Below, one piece after another: positions 59,619-64,000 of a DNA stretch of 64,000 nt. Each line of letters begins with the position of its first letter. The first letter of the stretch is position 1. The position numbers were made by a program, and so were the translations under genes. Under the pieces are notes generated by a model that worked only from the letters and a program-made list of their open reading frames with translations, was not told the DNA's origin and ran no database searches. The stretch spans positions 1 through 64,000 of the forward strand of contig MCFE01000373.1 in NCBI GenBank assembly GCA_002104905.1, written 5' to 3'. This DNA is from Basidiobolus meristosporus CBS 931.73. Lineage: Eukaryota > Fungi > Basidiobolomycota.

Positions 59619-61505
59619 TGTTGAAATAATTAGGAGTCCACCTAATTATTGATATATTATGAACTAGCACTTAGTGAAATGATATATTTCAGATTATCAA
59701 CATGGAAATTAGTTTGTAAGATATTTACTAATTATTAGGAATTTGAGAAGTACAGAATTTTAGGAAAATCTGAAACTTGTCCAAATGAGCTGAAACTTGG
59801 CACATGTACTCCTGAGACTCCCCTAATAATGACCAAGTAGCCACATTTACGTAGTTCTGCAATATGTATCAATACTGTGTTGCAACTCAATAAAACATAA
59901 AGTGAATATCATGTAAATCTTCTAATTCTCCAATTCACTTCCAATATATCTCTCTAATATTTCAACAGGTTATGAGCCCCAAGCTTGCTTTATCTTGGTT
60001 GTCTACTTTGCTCTAGTGCTGTGTCTTTATTCTGGAGAAAGACAGCCTAGTCTACCTGAAGTTACAAAAGACAGAAAAGTACTGCCGCTGCAAAGAACTG
60101 TTAGATGGGATATATTGTTTTAGAGAGAGAGGCCTTTGCCCTTAAAGAAGACACTAAGCAAGGAAAAAGGTCATATGTATGCTGGAAAGTTCTATCAGAA
60201 GTAACAGTGGCTTATCAGAGCCATTATGGTAGATTTACGCAATTGGAAAGTGCCAGATCAGGTTGTACTATTCAAGCACAATAGTACATATGAGACCATA
60301 TCTATCCTGTTTAGGATTAGGCCTCTATGAATAGCTGCCAATCAAGCTGTGGTATCCTGTGATACCAAATCAAGCCTATCAAGATGTAAAGGGAAGATCT
60401 GAATACTGTAACAGGATATCAGTCCAAGAAAGTTATGCCTAGATCAGAAGGATATATATGATCTATCTCAGTCAGTTTTAGAAGGCAGGAAGCACCAGAA
60501 GACGTAGCTTCAGTGGGAGTACCAGATCAGGAATGAAAAAAAGCTAGGCTAGATACCACTGAAGGCACTAGTCCGGAAGAGGAAATACTTGGTCAACCGG
60601 TGAAGAATAAGGCAACTACAATGCTGATCTTTGTTGGTCTCAGCAGATTATATATGGAGTATATGAGGAAAGTTACTATCCAGATTCAGTTATGGATAAA
60701 TGGAGGATAGTCTAAGTGAATTAGACTATAGACCGGAACTGTGGATGATCCAGATCTACTGGAGAGAAGACCACTTCCTAACTTTGCCAATTATTGACCA
60801 ATTTTACTCAAATAAATAACAGCAGATAGCCTGAGAATGCAGCTCTCTGATGATACAAAGTATGCTGGGATTTGATCAGTATCTAAAAAGTTTTACTCCA
60901 ATCAAATTGATGATACTCATTCATAGATACTTGTGATTAGATCAGAGTTCAGACTCAAAGCAATTTGATCTGAAGTATGTAATTAACAGCATGGACCTAT
61001 ACTCAGTTATTACAGATAATATGCTATCCTTAACATTTATTGGAGAATACATTAGTCCAATAGGTTAGATGGTTAATTGCAGGTTTAATTTCAACCGCAA
61101 GATACACAACACCACAGCAAGTTCATAAGTATATGAATATATTATGTGAGTGGGAGTGTTGAAATAATTAGGAGTCCACCTAATTATTGATATATTATGA
61201 GCTAGCACTTAGTGAAATGATATATTTCAGATTATCAACATGGAAATTAGTTTGTAAGATATTTACTAATTATTAGGAATTTGAGAAGTATAGAATTTTA
61301 GGAAAATCTGAAACTTGTCCAAACGGGCTGAAACTTGACACATGTACTCCTGAGACTCCTCTAATAATGACCAAGTAGCCACATTTATGTAGTTCTGCAA
61401 TAAGTTTAAATACTGTGTTGCAACTCAATAAAACATAAAGTGAATATCATGTAAATCTTCTAATTCTCCAATTCATTTCCAATATATCTCTCTAATATTT
61501 CAACA
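59619..61505 (+). mobile_element. Small non-autonomous Ty5/copia-type LTR element (1887 bp), TRIM-like deletion derivative
   Basis: 349-bp LTRs 59619-59967 and 61157-61505 (TGTTGAAA..TTTCAACA, about 11 differences); PBS GGTTATGAGCCC at 59968; PPT GAGTGGGAG; 1189-bp interior without ORFs but with a faint gag trace (WKVL..YQS). Confidence 0.9.
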
Positions 61506-62269
61506 CACATGATATACACTTATCCTGTCTCTGGACTATTTTCTGATTTCTCTGGGCCATTGCATCAACCCTATCAGCCACTCCACTTAATATCCTCATC
61601 AATGATTTGGTAAGAACTGACAAAATACTTGCTAATACTGATAGTGGTGCTTTATGATAGCCACCTGCTAGGCATATACCAATGGTACAGCATTTGCAAC
61701 ATTTTTGTTTTCATGATCTTTATGGTCAGCTTGTGGCTCTGCAGAGGACTCAGGACTCTACATTATTTACTTTAATGGGCACATTGTGATCATGGCCATT
61801 TTTAGTTGTAGCCCTGGTTGTTGCAGTCAATGTCAACTCAAGCTGTTGTCAAACAGTTCTTCTGCTCTGTCAGCAGTGCAGTTTGATTAAGAACTAGACA
61901 GCTTTGCTTTATTTCTTGATGGCATATATATAGAAGCAAGTCAAACCAACAGAGAAATAATGTTACAAATATATGTGCATGTGGTACCACCACTTTACTA
62001 TAAGGCTTACTATGGTAGGTCATCTTTGAATGCTACATAAATGTAGAAGCAATGTTCCAAATACAGAACTATGGTAAACTCTCAGCAAAAAAAATATAAA
62101 GATTACACACAGCTGCATTCAGGTAAGGCCCTGATGGCAGAGTTTCAGTTGTTCTAACTTGTAGGCTTTAGAGTATTGTCTTCTCAAAGGAGGCCAAACC
62201 CAGCACATACTTGTGTTAAGATGCTATCACAATTGGGGATTGTGGCTCAATACCCTATGAGAAATAACT

Positions 62270-64000
62270 TGGTCCTGCAGGTGGATCCAATCCAGAATAG
62301 CATCATAATTCCATCAGGAGACTCACATAATACCAGCAGCTTGGAATTAGTTACCATCTACACAATTGTGTGACAGGATCACCATTGCATTTTGCTAATG
62401 ATAGATCCAAATAATGCTGATAAAATATAACAGTGTTTGTGTGGAGTTTGGCCAAGGGTGGCATAGCATTTTTGCAGTCTTAGTATGCATTATAACCATC
62501 TCAGTGGATCTAACAGGCCAGTACATCCAATAGCCTTGTAAGGCAAAAAACTTAATGGTGACATGATGGCCTCTTTGCGGCCTTTAATAGCATTAACATG
62601 GCTGTATGGCAGCCTACAGCTAGTTCAGTATTATGCTACCATACCATATATCTCACTGTAGAATCACAGCTCCTTATTTGCTTACCAAATGCTACCTTGC
62701 GTATTTCATACATAGTTTAAATCAAAAAATACTAAGGCATCCTGCTTACTAACCTCCACAGATGTGCACACCTGCAACAATTGACGTACTTCTATCATCT
62801 CAACCTTACAGCTTTTTAGTGGGATGCTTGAAAAGTTGCCGTATACCTTGTATTGCTGGTAACATACATATCTTGCAAGCATATAATTGGTTGCTGCCAC
62901 TTCTGACATAAATACCTCCTGAATATCTGCAAAGACCTTTTTGGTATTTTGCCAATACATTCCTTGTCCCTGCTGGACTCTAGTCCCCCTTATAGGTGTG
63001 TTTGGGCTCTTCTTTGTGTGAATTCCATATCAAATGGTGTAGAAATTGGCTTGTGGCCAAAAGAAATCTGGCATATTTTGGTAGAATTATCCCAATAAAG
63101 TTACTTGCTTGTTGCACCCAACCCAACTTTGCATCACTTAGCTGATTACCCACTCATTGATGCTCCTTAGCTTCTTAGTGCCATCAGCATAGGTGTCTCT
63201 ATGTGAACATTTGTCCCCAGTATTTTTCAACTCTTCTTGGCAGTACTCTATGTGCCAACTCTTCACATCCATGATGAACTTGAAGGTAGTATTCATGATG
63301 AGATTAGTATATGTTAGTACTTGCAACTTGACTTGTCTTCCTATCTCCCCACACATCTGCTTCATAGAAAACTCCCAGAAGGTGAAGTAAGGTTTGATAT
63401 TCTCAAGACACCAGGCACAATGGTTCAGTAGATGGATATTGTAGCAACAGAGATCTATGTGCTCAGCTTTATGCTTGTAGTGTAGCAGCTCCAATCCCAT
63501 CATTAACTCCTTGCACCAAAGCTGTAGATGTGTTAAATTGACATTGGTTATCTGCATTGGATAAATATTCCAACAATGTGCATATATGACTCTCAATGCT
63601 TCCAATGTACTTTTGATAGGAATGGCTTCAGAATGCCACTTGAATAAATACACGTCTAGTTCATCCTGTTCTTGCACTTGCATTGTTGCATATGTATATA
63701 AATGTTGATTAGAGCACATGAGAAGTACATTGGATAGCAGATACTCTATAATATCTTGCCATTTTTGTCAGAATTCAATGGTATCTCAAAGGGCTCATTC
63801 AGCTTGAAATGCTGCATATACCATTGGTCATGAGCCTAGGAAATTGTTGAAATGCAAATGCATTGCTTCTTATGGAATGCTTTTGCTACAACAGATACCC
63901 TCTATCTTAAGTAACTCCAGTTTCCCATTAATTCCATATTCCAGCTGATGGTTAGTAACTTGCCAATTCTGCTGCAATTGCATGCTGACTTCTATACATT
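62270..64000 (-). mobile_element. CACTA transposon relic, C-terminal (DUF4218-like) and 3' region, running off the window edge
   Basis: 63138-63719: NIHLLNHC..FTFWEFSMKQMCGEI, a degenerate HLLxH..GP..W.F.MER.CG motif. Colinear with the other CACTA copies here. Confidence 0.78.

Overview
Eukaryotic, fungal-type DNA with intron-poor genes and one 59-nt GT-AG intron. The gene families and repeat decay pattern suggest an early-diverging, zygomycete-grade fungus (inference). The window has two compartments. (1) About 1-30 kb is gene-bearing and CpG-normal: a tail-to-tail pair of O-fucosyltransferase-family (CigA-like) genes, a two-finger C2H2 factor with Msn2/Ste12-type recognition helices, an orphan type-I membrane protein, two head-to-head UNC-93-like MFS genes whose coding cores form a 1.2-kb near-perfect inverted repeat, and a secreted BBE/AA7 flavo-oxidase. 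(2) About 30-64 kb is a CpG-depleted nest of transposons: Ty5/copia-type and Ty3/gypsy elements, solo LTRs, several CACTA relics and a PIF/Harbinger relic. The youngest layer is a 3.6-kb LTR element with identical 804-bp LTRs, a tRNA-Lys PBS, a PPT and one intact Gag-protease ORF but no RT, RNase H or integrase. It sits inside the LTR of a Ty3 that lacks most of gag and the protease. No rRNA, tRNA or CRISPR array was found. All alignments and counts were made by eye, with no database searches.
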